DNA from: Candidatus Nomurabacteria bacterium
Lineage (GTDB): Bacteria; Patescibacteriota; Saccharimonadia; JAGOAT01
Reading direction: 5' to 3'
DNA length: 64,000 nucleotides
Assembly: GCA_020639315.1 (NCBI GenBank)
Contig: JACKGM010000001.1
Location: forward strand, 374,767-438,766
The translations under genes were made by a program, and so were the position numbers. The notes under the pieces were generated by a model. It did no database searches, was not told the origin of the DNA, and was given only the letters and a program-made list of their open reading frames with translations. Shown piece after piece: positions 41,609 through 50,790 of this stretch (positions are counted from its first letter, which is position 1; every line of letters starts with the position of its first letter).

Positions 41609-42166
41609 ATGTACTCGATTACTGATCTTAGGAAAGATACTCTAATAGATTTGGATGGAGTTCCTCACCGAGTCGTTGAGTATCATCATGCTCAGCTCGG
41701 AAGAGGCGGGGCAACAGTCAGGATTAAGGTCAAGAATCTTGCTACGGGTCAGCTACTAGACAAGACCTATAAGAATGATGAGAAGATTGCTCCAGCTGAT
41801 GTAATGCGCAAAAAGATTCAATATTTATACAGTGATCAAGACAAAGCAAATTTTATGGATATTGAGAGCTTCGATCAGTATCAAGTGGATTTATCGGAGT
41901 CTGAAGATGTGCTCAAGTATTTTCCGGAGGGCGCAGAGCTAGAGGCTTATATCTACAATCAAGCAATTGTTAGCTTTGAATTACCCAATAATACTATCCT
42001 AGAAGTGGTTGAAGCTCCAGGGGCGGACAAGGGCAACTCTGCCAGTGGTGCGACCAAGGTGGTCAAGATGGAGACTGGGATCAGTGTCAATGCACCATTA
42101 TTTATCAAGGTGGGGGACAAGCTCAAGGTTGATACTCGCTCTGGCGATTACCTCCAGCGCGCCTAA
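41609..42166 (+). CDS. efp: elongation factor P (Arg at the modified-loop position)
   Basis: Three-domain EF-P, 185 aa. The loop reads HAQLGRGGATVRIKVKNL, where E. coli has KPGKGQAFARVKLRRL. Confidence 0.85.
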   Translation: MYSITDLRKDTLIDLDGVPHRVVEYHHAQLGRGGATVRIKVKNLATGQLLDKTYKNDEKIAPADVMRKKIQYLYSDQDKANFMDIESFDQYQVDLSESEDVLKYFPEGAELEAYIYNQAIVSFELPNNTILEVVEAPGADKGNSASGATKVVKMETGISVNAPLFIKVGDKLKVDTRSGDYLQRA

Positions 42167-42296
42167 CTCTACTAGCTTTAGTCTTATTAAGAGCTAAGAG
42201 CTACCTTAAAAGACCACTACGGCCTCAAACTAGACAATTTAGACTCAAACATTACTCAAAAAAGTGCCTATTGACAAAAACAATAATCATCAAATA

Positions 42297-42358
42297 TCGC
42301 GAACAGTTCGCGACAATCTCAATCTGGCGATATTGTAAAAGTCGCGAACAGTTCGCGA
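42297..42358. promoter_or_regulatory. two copies of the 17-bp palindrome TCGCGAAC-A-GTTCGCGA (candidate operators) upstream of the DUF389 gene
   Basis: Exact copies at 42297-42313 and 42342-42358, 45 bp centre to centre. The second ends 9 nt before TGtTATAAT (42368-42376). The start ATG is at 42386. Confidence 0.6.
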
Positions 42359-42385
42359 CAATATTCATGTTATAATAATGGCAAT

Positions 42386-43912
42386 ATGCTTAAGCTTGGA
42401 ATAATCAATGACATCTCTGATGCCAGAAATAATGCTCGTCAGAGGATCAATGAGAATCTTGTCTCTCGTGCCAAGTTGCGTAGCTCGTTTTTGATAGAAC
42501 TAATTAGTGCTACAGTTGTCTGTAGTCTGGGGCTAATCATCAACTCCACAGCAGTGATTATTGGGGGTATGATTATCGCTCCTTTGATGTGGCCGATCTT
42601 GCGTGTATCCTTCCATCTTGCTAGTCGTCGTACTAGGACTAGCTTTGAAGCTTGGTTTAATCTATTGTTTTCGATTGGAGTTATCTTGTTAGTTTCGGCC
42701 TTGGTAGCGCTAATCACGCCATATAAAGAGGTTACTTCAGAGATGCTACTTAGGACATCACCGACTTCGCTTGAGATTTTTATCGCACTAGCGGCGGCTC
42801 TGATTGCTGCTTTAGCTTTGGCACTACCGAAGATTAGTGACTCAGTGGCTGGAGTAGCAGTAGCTACCTCACTCGTACCACCTTTGGCGGTCAGTGGAAT
42901 TGGCTTGGCTTATTTGAATTTTGATATATTTTATGGGGCATTTTTGCTCTTTATGACCAATGCTTTGGTGATAGTCTTGGTCGCTACTATCGTCTTTTCA
43001 TATTTTTTGTATGGTAAAGATTTTCATAACCTGAGGCGCAAAGAGTTGATTGCTATTGTGGTGGGTTTATTGGCGATCTCGATCCCGCTTTATCGGGGCT
43101 TGGAACATTCGATTCTCGATATATCAACTAGTGCCTCTGCTAAGTCAATTATCGAGGAGCGGATTGATCAATATGCACCAAATGCCGAGCTAGAGAACTA
43201 CCAGGTAACTTTATCTGAAGACAATCAAAGTATTGCAATTCGGGCGGTAGTCTTACTCTCTCCTTCACAAACGATTAGCTTCGAGCAAGAGCAAGAGTTG
43301 ACTAGGCTATTAAGAGAAAAGCTTGGAAAGGAAGTGGATTTGAGACTAGTAAGACAAGATTCGATTAGGCCTGTAACAGAGAAAGAACTTGCAGAAATCA
43401 ACCAACGATCCTTGGTCGAAACAATCTTTAAGCAGTCGTTGGAGATTATCGAACCAGCCGCGCAGATCAATAGCTTTTCGGCTGAGTTGTCCAGTGATAA
43501 TATCTGGGGTGTCGAGGCTAGCTTGCGTGTGCCCGATCAGGCCAGTTTGAGTATTGATAAGCTAAGGCAGATCGAAGACGCGATCAGGGAAGAGATAGGT
43601 CAGCAAGTAGTGATTACTTTAGAGGTGATTAATAGTAAGCTGATTGGAGGGGAAGAACTAAGGCGAGATGATTTATCGAAGACAATTCGGACGATTTTGG
43701 AGGATCGGTCGGAGTTTATTGAAATCATCAGTCTCAATCTAGAGGGTCTAGACCAGGTAAATCAGCTCAAAGTTCGGGCGGTTGTTTTGGTAGAGCCTGA
43801 GTCTGAACTGGATACAAACCTCAAGACTGAGCTGATTCGATCTATCCAGAGACAGATTGGGCAGGATATTCAGCTTGAGATTACTCTCGTGGAAAGTAGT
43901 AATCGACTCTGA
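42386..43912 (+). CDS. DUF389-family integral membrane protein with a C-terminal soluble repeat region
   Basis: LIELISATVVCSLGLIINSTAVIIGGMIIAPLMWPI resembles the DUF389 (TIGR00341-like) signature. About 6 TM spans. Confidence 0.55.
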   Translation: MLKLGIINDISDARNNARQRINENLVSRAKLRSSFLIELISATVVCSLGLIINSTAVIIGGMIIAPLMWPILRVSFHLASRRTRTSFEAWFNLLFSIGVILLVSALVALITPYKEVTSEMLLRTSPTSLEIFIALAAALIAALALALPKISDSVAGVAVATSLVPPLAVSGIGLAYLNFDIFYGAFLLFMTNALVIVLVATIVFSYFLYGKDFHNLRRKELIAIVVGLLAISIPLYRGLEHSILDISTSASAKSIIEERIDQYAPNAELENYQVTLSEDNQSIAIRAVVLLSPSQTISFEQEQELTRLLREKLGKEVDLRLVRQDSIRPVTEKELAEINQRSLVETIFKQSLEIIEPAAQINSFSAELSSDNIWGVEASLRVPDQASLSIDKLRQIEDAIREEIGQQVVITLEVINSKLIGGEELRRDDLSKTIRTILEDRSEFIEIISLNLEGLDQVNQLKVRAVVLVEPESELDTNLKTELIRSIQRQIGQDIQLEITLVESSNRL

Positions 43913-43917
43913 CAGAC

Positions 43918-43995
43918 TATAGCCCCCGAAAACAAACCCTGTACTTCTGACTGTATTTTATGGTCTATATAGCAAGTTAAAAACAAAACCAGACT
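43918..43995. repeat. mosaic of MITE-B terminal modules
   Basis: TATAGCCCCCGAAAACAAACCCTGTACTT... resembles the left end of 58740-58906. It is followed by TATAGCAAGTTAAAAACAAAACCAGACTTTT, which resembles the end of 50672-50764. It starts 6 nt after the stop codon. Confidence 0.7.
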
Positions 43996-44042
43996 TTTCT
44001 ATCTATCACGATTCCTGACTAGATCTTGAAAATCAGTTACTC

Positions 44043-44119
44043 TGGCGGGCTCGACCGGATTCGAACCGGCGATCTCCTCCGTGACAGGGAGGCATGTTAG
44101 GCCTCTACACCACGAGCCC
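44043..44119 (-). tRNA. tRNA-Asp (GUC)
   Basis: The reverse complement reads GGGCTCG TG GTGT AGAGGCCTA ACAT G CCTCC CTGTCAC GGAGG AGATC GCCGG TTCGAAT CCGGT CGAGCCC G CCA. Confidence 0.9.
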
Positions 44120-44214
44120 AGACCTAGATTTGACAATCAAGCTTTACAACTTTGATTGCATAGTAATTTTAACATGGATTAGTGAACAAGTCTATTTGAA
44201 TTTAGTGATTGAAT

Positions 44215-44715
44215 ACAGAATACTGGATCCCCCGTAAGTTCTCCGAACTTCGGAGGATGACAATGCCTCCTCTCTTGTCATCTTCGGATTTCTCTAAGGG
44301 AGAAATACCGGAGATCCAGTATTTGAGTTGAACCCCAGAAATACAGAATACTAGATCACCCGTAAACCCTCTGGGTTTCGGAGGATGACAGAATAGGGGT
44401 GGAACTTCGGAGGATGACAGGAGTTGAGTCATCCTCGACAATTCCCGCCCTTCATTTGAAGGGAATTATCGGGGATCCAGAACTCTAGATTATGCACTGG
44501 ATTAACTCAGTTACTTTTAATGTTTATTATTTGTTTTCTGGATACCCAGAGCAAGCTCTGAGTATGACGGATGCAAATACGGGATACTGGATCACTCGTA
44601 AACCCTCTGGGTTTCGGAGGATGACAATGCCCTCTGTCGCCAAATCAAATTTCCACCCCCTCTTCGCGTCATCTTCCAAATTTCCGTAGGAAATTATGGG
44701 AGATCTAGTATTTGG
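44215..44715. repeat. REP/BIME-like hairpin-repeat cluster 5
   Basis: Multiple units. The ~107-nt composite at 44221-44327 recurs at 50333-50437, and the ~85-nt segment at 44508-44595 recurs at 58972-59056. Confidence 0.9.
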
Positions 44716-44799
44716 GTTGTTATTGGGGATTATTAAGTAGGTGTTACATTTATCGTGAGACTGCGTTATACTATAGTTGGATAAATAATGGAGGACTTT

Positions 44800-45927
44800 A
44801 TGAGAAAAAGTTTCAAAAAGTATTTTGGGGTAGGTGTACTTGGTATAGCTATCTTACTAGTTGGGATTATGATGTCACCTAGGATAGTCCAAGCAGAGGA
44901 GCAGGCTGATAATTTGACTAGCTCAGAGACAGTTGTTTTGGAGGGTCCAGTAGTCAAAGTAGAACAAAAGGTAGTAATCGATCAGTATATCAAAGGTGAT
45001 TTGATAGTGATGGCTAGAAAGCTTAAGATTACCGGCGTAGTCGAGGGCAGTGTCTATGGGATGGCAGAGTCAGTGGAGCTAGAAGGTCAGGTCAAGGGGA
45101 ATATTCATTTGCTTGCTAGAAATATTGGTTATAAAGCAGGAGAGATAGATGGCAGTAGCTATACTGTCGGTCAGAATATTGTAGTACTCAATGAATCAGT
45201 TATTCAAGGTTCTCTTATCGGCCTTGCGCAAAACTTTGACTTGGCAGGTGAAATCAAAAATATATTTGCAGCTGGCTTGAGACTACGCTTATCAGGCAAG
45301 AGTGATCAAGCTAGTATGCGAGTCAAGACTCTGGAGGTAGATCAAGATGCGGAAGTAGCAAAGCTAAGTGGGCAGTACGGTGACGGGACGATTTCTGAGG
45401 TAGCAAAAATAGGTGACAATCAGCTCGAGCTAGCCAAATACTCTGATCATCGTCCAAGTCCTGCCAAGATGATAGTGATTAAACTATCTAGTATTTTGGG
45501 ATGGGCGATTGGTTTTTTCATTTTGTTTTGCTTTGTTAGGAGATATGTATCAGGAGTATATTCTAGACTAGGAGAGGTAAACCAAAGGATAGGTATCAAT
45601 CTAGGAATTGGTCTAGGGCTAAGTGTGGGTTCAATCTTGCTTGGTGTCTTATTGCTCATACCCTATGTTGGTTGGTCGCTTATTATGCCAGTAGTTGCTA
45701 TTTGGGTAGTATCAATTGGCCTAATCCCAGTAATAGCAATACAGCTCTTGATCGACCGATTTGCAGAGAGGGAGCTTAAGCCGTGGGAGATATTTGGACT
45801 ATCATTACTAGTCAGCATGGTTTTTTTTCTACCAATCATCGGTATGATAGCTAGATTTCTAATGGGCTTGATAAGTTTGGGAGTGATAATTCGAGCAATG
45901 TTTGCTAAACCCCTTGCCAAATCCTAA
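44800..45927 (+). CDS. membrane protein with a bactofilin-like (polymer-forming, beta-helical repeat) domain and a C-terminal multi-TM region
   Basis: Repetitive pattern ITGVVEGSVYGMAESVELEGQVKGNIHLLARNIG...VIQGSLIGLAQNFDLAGEIK. GGAGG lies 5 nt before the ATG at 44800; the ORF opens at 44788. Confidence 0.45.
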   Translation: MRKSFKKYFGVGVLGIAILLVGIMMSPRIVQAEEQADNLTSSETVVLEGPVVKVEQKVVIDQYIKGDLIVMARKLKITGVVEGSVYGMAESVELEGQVKGNIHLLARNIGYKAGEIDGSSYTVGQNIVVLNESVIQGSLIGLAQNFDLAGEIKNIFAAGLRLRLSGKSDQASMRVKTLEVDQDAEVAKLSGQYGDGTISEVAKIGDNQLELAKYSDHRPSPAKMIVIKLSSILGWAIGFFILFCFVRRYVSGVYSRLGEVNQRIGINLGIGLGLSVGSILLGVLLLIPYVGWSLIMPVVAIWVVSIGLIPVIAIQLLIDRFAERELKPWEIFGLSLLVSMVFFLPIIGMIARFLMGLISLGVIIRAMFAKPLAKS

Positions 45928-46033
45928 AAGCTTATGATAATCTAAGATTAACTATCGTGAGGGTAGCGTTCACAAAGCAATGCGTGAAAATAAAAACTAA
46001 AAAGTAAAGCTATTATTAAATAGAGGTGGAGGA

Positions 46034-49000
46034 ATGAGACAAAAGTTGAATTTGTTTGGTAAATTAGGGGCAAGAAAGTCAATAATTACTTTGACCGGGT
46101 TAGGACTGGTCATAGCCGGAGTGGCCAATATTGCTTCAGTCAGCGGTCTTAATACCCAGACTAGCAATAATCAGACTCTGAGCAAGGATGTCAACCCGAT
46201 AGTCAGCGGTAACCCTGACTATACTGCCACCACTGTAGATGCTGGGGGCGAACTCCAGTGGATTATAGAATACGGTAATGATACGGGTAGTATAGTAGAC
46301 CCGGTCACAATCACTGATGATATTACTGGTGGTCAACAGTATGTAGCTGGTAGCTTAGATGTCCCAATTGGCTGGGAAGAAGGGTATTCAACTGATGCTG
46401 GCAATACGTATAGCCCAGTCGAGCCGGCTGCGAGTAGTGTCAACTCAATTCAAGCCACAGGCAATCGAATTACCTCTCCTGCTACAGGTATCAATGGTCT
46501 AATACCTGCCCCAGTGGCTTCGGTCAATCAGGATAAATCAGTCACCCATGGCGATGGTTTTGTCCCAATTGTTTACCGTAATGGAGATATCTATCGAGTT
46601 TACAATATTTATCATCACAATTCCTGGGAAGATGGGGACGCTACAGGTCTAATCAATTGTTTTGATGTCAATGTCGGTGACTATTGTGCTGATACTAGTT
46701 TTGATTATACTGGTGGCCTTTACACTCCCTTGACAGGAGTGGATGTCCAGACTTCTTGGTTCCCCGAGGGGCAACAGGCAGTGATAGATGGCAAGTTTTA
46801 TTATGCAGTTCATCAAGAGAATACCAGCAATGTCGGGGTAGGTTGTCTGGATTTGGCGACTGGTGTGGACTGTGCTACCAACCCATATACTCAGATCAGT
46901 AATAATGCTCCTTGGTATACCTATGCAGACGCAAGTAAGAATCACCATGCTGGTATTGAGGGGCCAGCGGTTGTCGGGGATGTGATTTATTTCTTTGTCC
47001 GTCATAGCGATGGTAAGCTCTATATGCATAGCTACAATACTACTACTGGAGTAGCAAACACGACAGGAGTTCAAATTGTTACCACTGGTACTTATGCTAA
47101 TAATGTTGCTGGGAATGAAGGCGAAATGTATGTACCGTATGAAGTCGTGGGAACAAAAATATACTTTACTATTAACTTCCAGATAAGTGATGATACTAAC
47201 GGTATCCAATATGCCGAATTTGGATGTTTTGATACAGCTAGCAATACTGCTTGTTCTGGTTTTTCTAGCACTAAACTATTACAGTTTTCTAACCAGAAAT
47301 CTAATGTGGGTACACAGACCTGGGTTTATTATTCAGTATTTGGACTCTATGATACATCTGGTAGTGTAGTGGCCGTATGTACTACTGCAAACCTAGAATT
47401 GATGCTTACTGGGTATATTAACTCGACCTTTACAGGATATCCAAAATCAGAATGTTATAGCCAATCAGGATCTAAATATAATGGATCAGAAATAGCTCCT
47501 TTTGCAACATTTTGGGAGAATGATGTCAACCCAAGTCTGCCAGCAACAGAAGGTACAAGTATAGGTGTCGATGGAGATGTCTTGGTGGAAGAGTTATATA
47601 TTGCTAATGGTACCCAAGGTATATCAGGTAATCGTACATATTTTTCAATTCGTACTACTGATCAATATGATAATGTTAATCCGTATGGAGCAGTAGCTTG
47701 TTATGACTTTACAACTCAGTCTGGTTGTGCCAACTTTGGTAATGGTGGACTGGCACAATTCCCATCAATCAATGGAGGTGCTACCAAAGACTATGGCTAT
47801 GACTATGATCAAGTCAGTGGCTGCATGTGGGGGCTAGGTGATGAAGGTTATCTCTGGAGTTTTGACGCTGAGACTGGTGCTAGCCCATGTAGCTCAATCT
47901 CAGAAACTATTCAGCTGGACCTCACCCCTGACAATTTCTACTGTGATGGACAAAGTGACAATTATATCCAAGGTTGGGATAGTCTGACTATCTTGGAGCC
48001 TGGAACTGGTGTTCCTAGTACAGTCAGCTACACAGTGACTGTCTATGATGTCAACAATAACCCCATATCTGGGTATCAAAATGTAGCGCCAGATGCCAAC
48101 AATCAGCTAGACCTCAGCGCGATTGATAGTACGACCTACTCGAGCTTGAGAGTAGAAGTGACAGCTAGCGATAGCAATAATGGTACCAGCTGGACCAATA
48201 CTATACCAGTGATGCTGACATTTAGCGCTACTCACAATCCACAGATTTGTTATAGCACAATCGTGCCTGATAATTGTGATATTTCTTCAGCTGATAATAC
48301 TGCAGTAGTTGATGCCGATGGGACTATCATCAGTGTCAGTGATAGTATTGAGATAGTCAATCAGTCCAATTGTGATCCTGGTAGAATCGGCAATCAGGTC
48401 TGGAATGATCTTGATCATGACGGGGTATTTGACCCAGGCGAGCCCGGGATACCTGGAGTGACGATCAAGCTCTACCAAGGTATTTGTGCAGATCACACCA
48501 CTTCTTCTACCTCTATGGCTACCACCACTACCGCTTCAGATGGCACTTATTACTTCAATAGTCTACCAGTCGACCAGAATTATTATGTGGTAGTAGACAG
48601 ATCTAGTAGCAGTGTATTGACCAATTATACCAATTCTACTGGTCCCGATCATACTGCTGATGGCAACTCCAAGTCTGAAGATTGTTACGAGGTCAGTTTG
48701 ACTACCGCTAGTCCCAGCAACCTGACCGCAGATTTTGGTTACTATGCTGGACGGATTGGTAATCAAGTCTGGGTAGATTCAGACCGAGATGGTATTTTCG
48801 ATGCTGGAATTGAGAATGGAGTCGCTGGAGTATCAATCGATCTTTATCAAGGTACTTGTGACCAACACACTACTAGTTCAACAATTCTTGCCACAGAGGC
48901 AACGGCTTCAGACGGTACATATTACTTTGATGGTTTAGCTTTGGATCAATCGTACTATGTGATTGTAGATCGGTCTGGAAGCAGTATTGCTAACTATCAA

Positions 49001-50056
49001 CACATTATGGGTACAGATCAGACAGCAGATAATTATTCCAAGGATGAGACTTGCTATGAAGTCAATCTGACTACTGCAAACCCAGAGAACTTGACTGCAG
49101 ACTTCGGCTATTATGCTTCTGGGATCGATATCGCAGTAACCAAGGAGATTGTAGGACAGACTGATGGAGTGACTCTGAGTAGAGGGCAGGAGTTTACTTA
49201 TCGCATTACTGTGACCAATCTTGGCCCAGATGAAGCTAAGAATATATTCGTTAAGGATACCTTCCCAGATGGAATTACTGTCGCTCAAGCTGCTATTAGC
49301 TGTGCCAAGCAAAATCCAGTAGATACTTGTACCATTGCTGATGCTCCTGCGGATGGGTATTCAGGGATTAATATTGAAAATCAAAATCTTGCACTACTGG
49401 TCAATCAAAAGATTGTAATAGATGTAGTAGCTACTGTTGATCAGGAAGCATTTGGCACTGTTACTAATAGCGTAGAGGTCGGAGAGACAGGCAGGGAAGA
49501 GGTGACCCTAGTCAACAATAAAGATGATGTCAGCTTCGTAGTGCCAAAAGAGATTGATCTAGCGATCACCAAGACTCATGACCCAGCACAACCAACTGCT
49601 GGAGGTATTGTGACCTATACTATTGTAGTAGTCAACAATGGTCCAGATGCTGTCGAAGGGGCTGTGATGAATGATAGTGTGCCTGAGGTAGTCACTGCAG
49701 TCAGTTGGACTTGTACTGCCAGCGCTGACGCGGTCTGTATCGATACTAGCGGCAGTGGCAATCAGATCAATGCTACTAGCAATATGCTTAGTGGTGCTTC
49801 GGTCAACTATTCAGTAGTAGGAACATTGTCTGCTAGCGCTAGCGGGGAGATAGTCAATCAGGCTTCGGTCACAGCACCCGAAGGATATATCGAGACTACC
49901 TTAGAGAACAATACTGATTCGACCGCTTTTAGTATTGCTCCTCCAGCTAGTCTGCCTCAGACTGGTATTTCTAAAAACTTGAGTGTAGTCGGCTTATTTA
50001 GTCTCTTGCTCGGTCTAGCAATCGTCTATAGGCAGCTTAGACCATTGGCTGCTTAG
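46034..50056 (+). CDS. large LPXTG-anchored surface protein/adhesin (1340 aa)
   Basis: N-terminal signal/anchor. Two SdrD-B/Cna-B-like repeats start GRIGNQVW.D.D.DG.FD (about 48380 and 48750). Two DUF11-like modules follow (D[IL]A[IV]TK...GPD). The C-terminus is LPQTG, a hydrophobic span and RQLR. Confidence 0.85.
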   Translation: MRQKLNLFGKLGARKSIITLTGLGLVIAGVANIASVSGLNTQTSNNQTLSKDVNPIVSGNPDYTATTVDAGGELQWIIEYGNDTGSIVDPVTITDDITGGQQYVAGSLDVPIGWEEGYSTDAGNTYSPVEPAASSVNSIQATGNRITSPATGINGLIPAPVASVNQDKSVTHGDGFVPIVYRNGDIYRVYNIYHHNSWEDGDATGLINCFDVNVGDYCADTSFDYTGGLYTPLTGVDVQTSWFPEGQQAVIDGKFYYAVHQENTSNVGVGCLDLATGVDCATNPYTQISNNAPWYTYADASKNHHAGIEGPAVVGDVIYFFVRHSDGKLYMHSYNTTTGVANTTGVQIVTTGTYANNVAGNEGEMYVPYEVVGTKIYFTINFQISDDTNGIQYAEFGCFDTASNTACSGFSSTKLLQFSNQKSNVGTQTWVYYSVFGLYDTSGSVVAVCTTANLELMLTGYINSTFTGYPKSECYSQSGSKYNGSEIAPFATFWENDVNPSLPATEGTSIGVDGDVLVEELYIANGTQGISGNRTYFSIRTTDQYDNVNPYGAVACYDFTTQSGCANFGNGGLAQFPSINGGATKDYGYDYDQVSGCMWGLGDEGYLWSFDAETGASPCSSISETIQLDLTPDNFYCDGQSDNYIQGWDSLTILEPGTGVPSTVSYTVTVYDVNNNPISGYQNVAPDANNQLDLSAIDSTTYSSLRVEVTASDSNNGTSWTNTIPVMLTFSATHNPQICYSTIVPDNCDISSADNTAVVDADGTIISVSDSIEIVNQSNCDPGRIGNQVWNDLDHDGVFDPGEPGIPGVTIKLYQGICADHTTSSTSMATTTTASDGTYYFNSLPVDQNYYVVVDRSSSSVLTNYTNSTGPDHTADGNSKSEDCYEVSLTTASPSNLTADFGYYAGRIGNQVWVDSDRDGIFDAGIENGVAGVSIDLYQGTCDQHTTSSTILATEATASDGTYYFDGLALDQSYYVIVDRSGSSIANYQHIMGTDQTADNYSKDETCYEVNLTTANPENLTADFGYYASGIDIAVTKEIVGQTDGVTLSRGQEFTYRITVTNLGPDEAKNIFVKDTFPDGITVAQAAISCAKQNPVDTCTIADAPADGYSGINIENQNLALLVNQKIVIDVVATVDQEAFGTVTNSVEVGETGREEVTLVNNKDDVSFVVPKEIDLAITKTHDPAQPTAGGIVTYTIVVVNNGPDAVEGAVMNDSVPEVVTAVSWTCTASADAVCIDTSGSGNQINATSNMLSGASVNYSVVGTLSASASGEIVNQASVTAPEGYIETTLENNTDSTAFSIAPPASLPQTGISKNLSVVGLFSLLLGLAIVYRQLRPLAA

Positions 50057-50063
50057 AGGCACG

Positions 50064-50321
50064 ATGTCCAAGCGTTCTATTCGTGATTCTGACCTAGATA
50101 TGATAGTCAAGATTGCCCTCTATCAGATCTTGGGGTTGGTGTGGATAGTCAATAGTGGTGGGTATCGAATATTCCCTATAGGACTAATTGTCGGCTACTT
50201 TTTGACCAAACATGAAAAGCTTCGTCTCAACCAAAGGCTGGAGTTTGCTCCTCTAGTAATGGGGGCTACCTTGGGGCTGATTGGGATTGGTGGGATTTAC
50301 CTGACTTTGCCTTGGTTTTAA
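50064..50321 (+). CDS. small two-TM membrane protein (hypothetical)
   Basis: ORF 7 nt after the adhesin stop, with two hydrophobic spans. Confidence 0.4.
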   Translation: MSKRSIRDSDLDMIVKIALYQILGLVWIVNSGGYRIFPIGLIVGYFLTKHEKLRLNQRLEFAPLVMGATLGLIGIGGIYLTLPWF

Positions 50322-50326
50322 AAAAT

Positions 50327-50645
50327 GCGGGATACTGGATCCCCCGTAAGTTCTCCGAACTTCGGAGGATGACAATGCCTCCTCTTGTCATCTTCGGATT
50401 TCTCCAAGGGAGAAATACCGGAGATCCAGTATTTGAATTTAATACCTGTAAATGCAGAGATACTGGATCCCCCGTAAACCCTCTGGGTTTCGGAGGATGA
50501 CAACTCACAATGCGGGATACTGGATCCCCCGTAAGTTCTCCGAACTTCGGAGGATGACAGGAGAGGGGTGGAGTTTCGGAGGATGACAATGCAGTGGCAG
50601 TTTTGGAGGATGACAGGGCAAGGGACAGGTTTCGGAGGATGACAA
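50327..50645. repeat. REP/BIME-like hairpin-repeat cluster 6
   Basis: Starts 6 nt after the stop codon. It ends with four roughly 28-nt phased ..TTCGGAGGATGACA.. half units at 50553-50645. Confidence 0.9.
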
Positions 50646-50671
50646 GCCTTGCTACCACTAGATAGTTTTGA

Positions 50672-50764
50672 TATAGCAAGCCCAAACCAAAACCAGACAA
50701 TTTGAGCTGTACTATAGACTCTAGAGTTGGGTCAAAAGTCTGGTTTTGTTTTTAACTTGCTATA
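50672..50764 (-). mobile_element. short MITE-B-related element (93 bp)
   Basis: TATAGCAAGCCCAAACCAAAACCAGAC ... GTCTGGTTTTGTTTTTAACTTGCTATA. This is the inverted counterpart of 60435-60540. Confidence 0.7.
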
Positions 50765-50790
50765 CGCTGGGAGGGTGCTAATTAAGCTCG

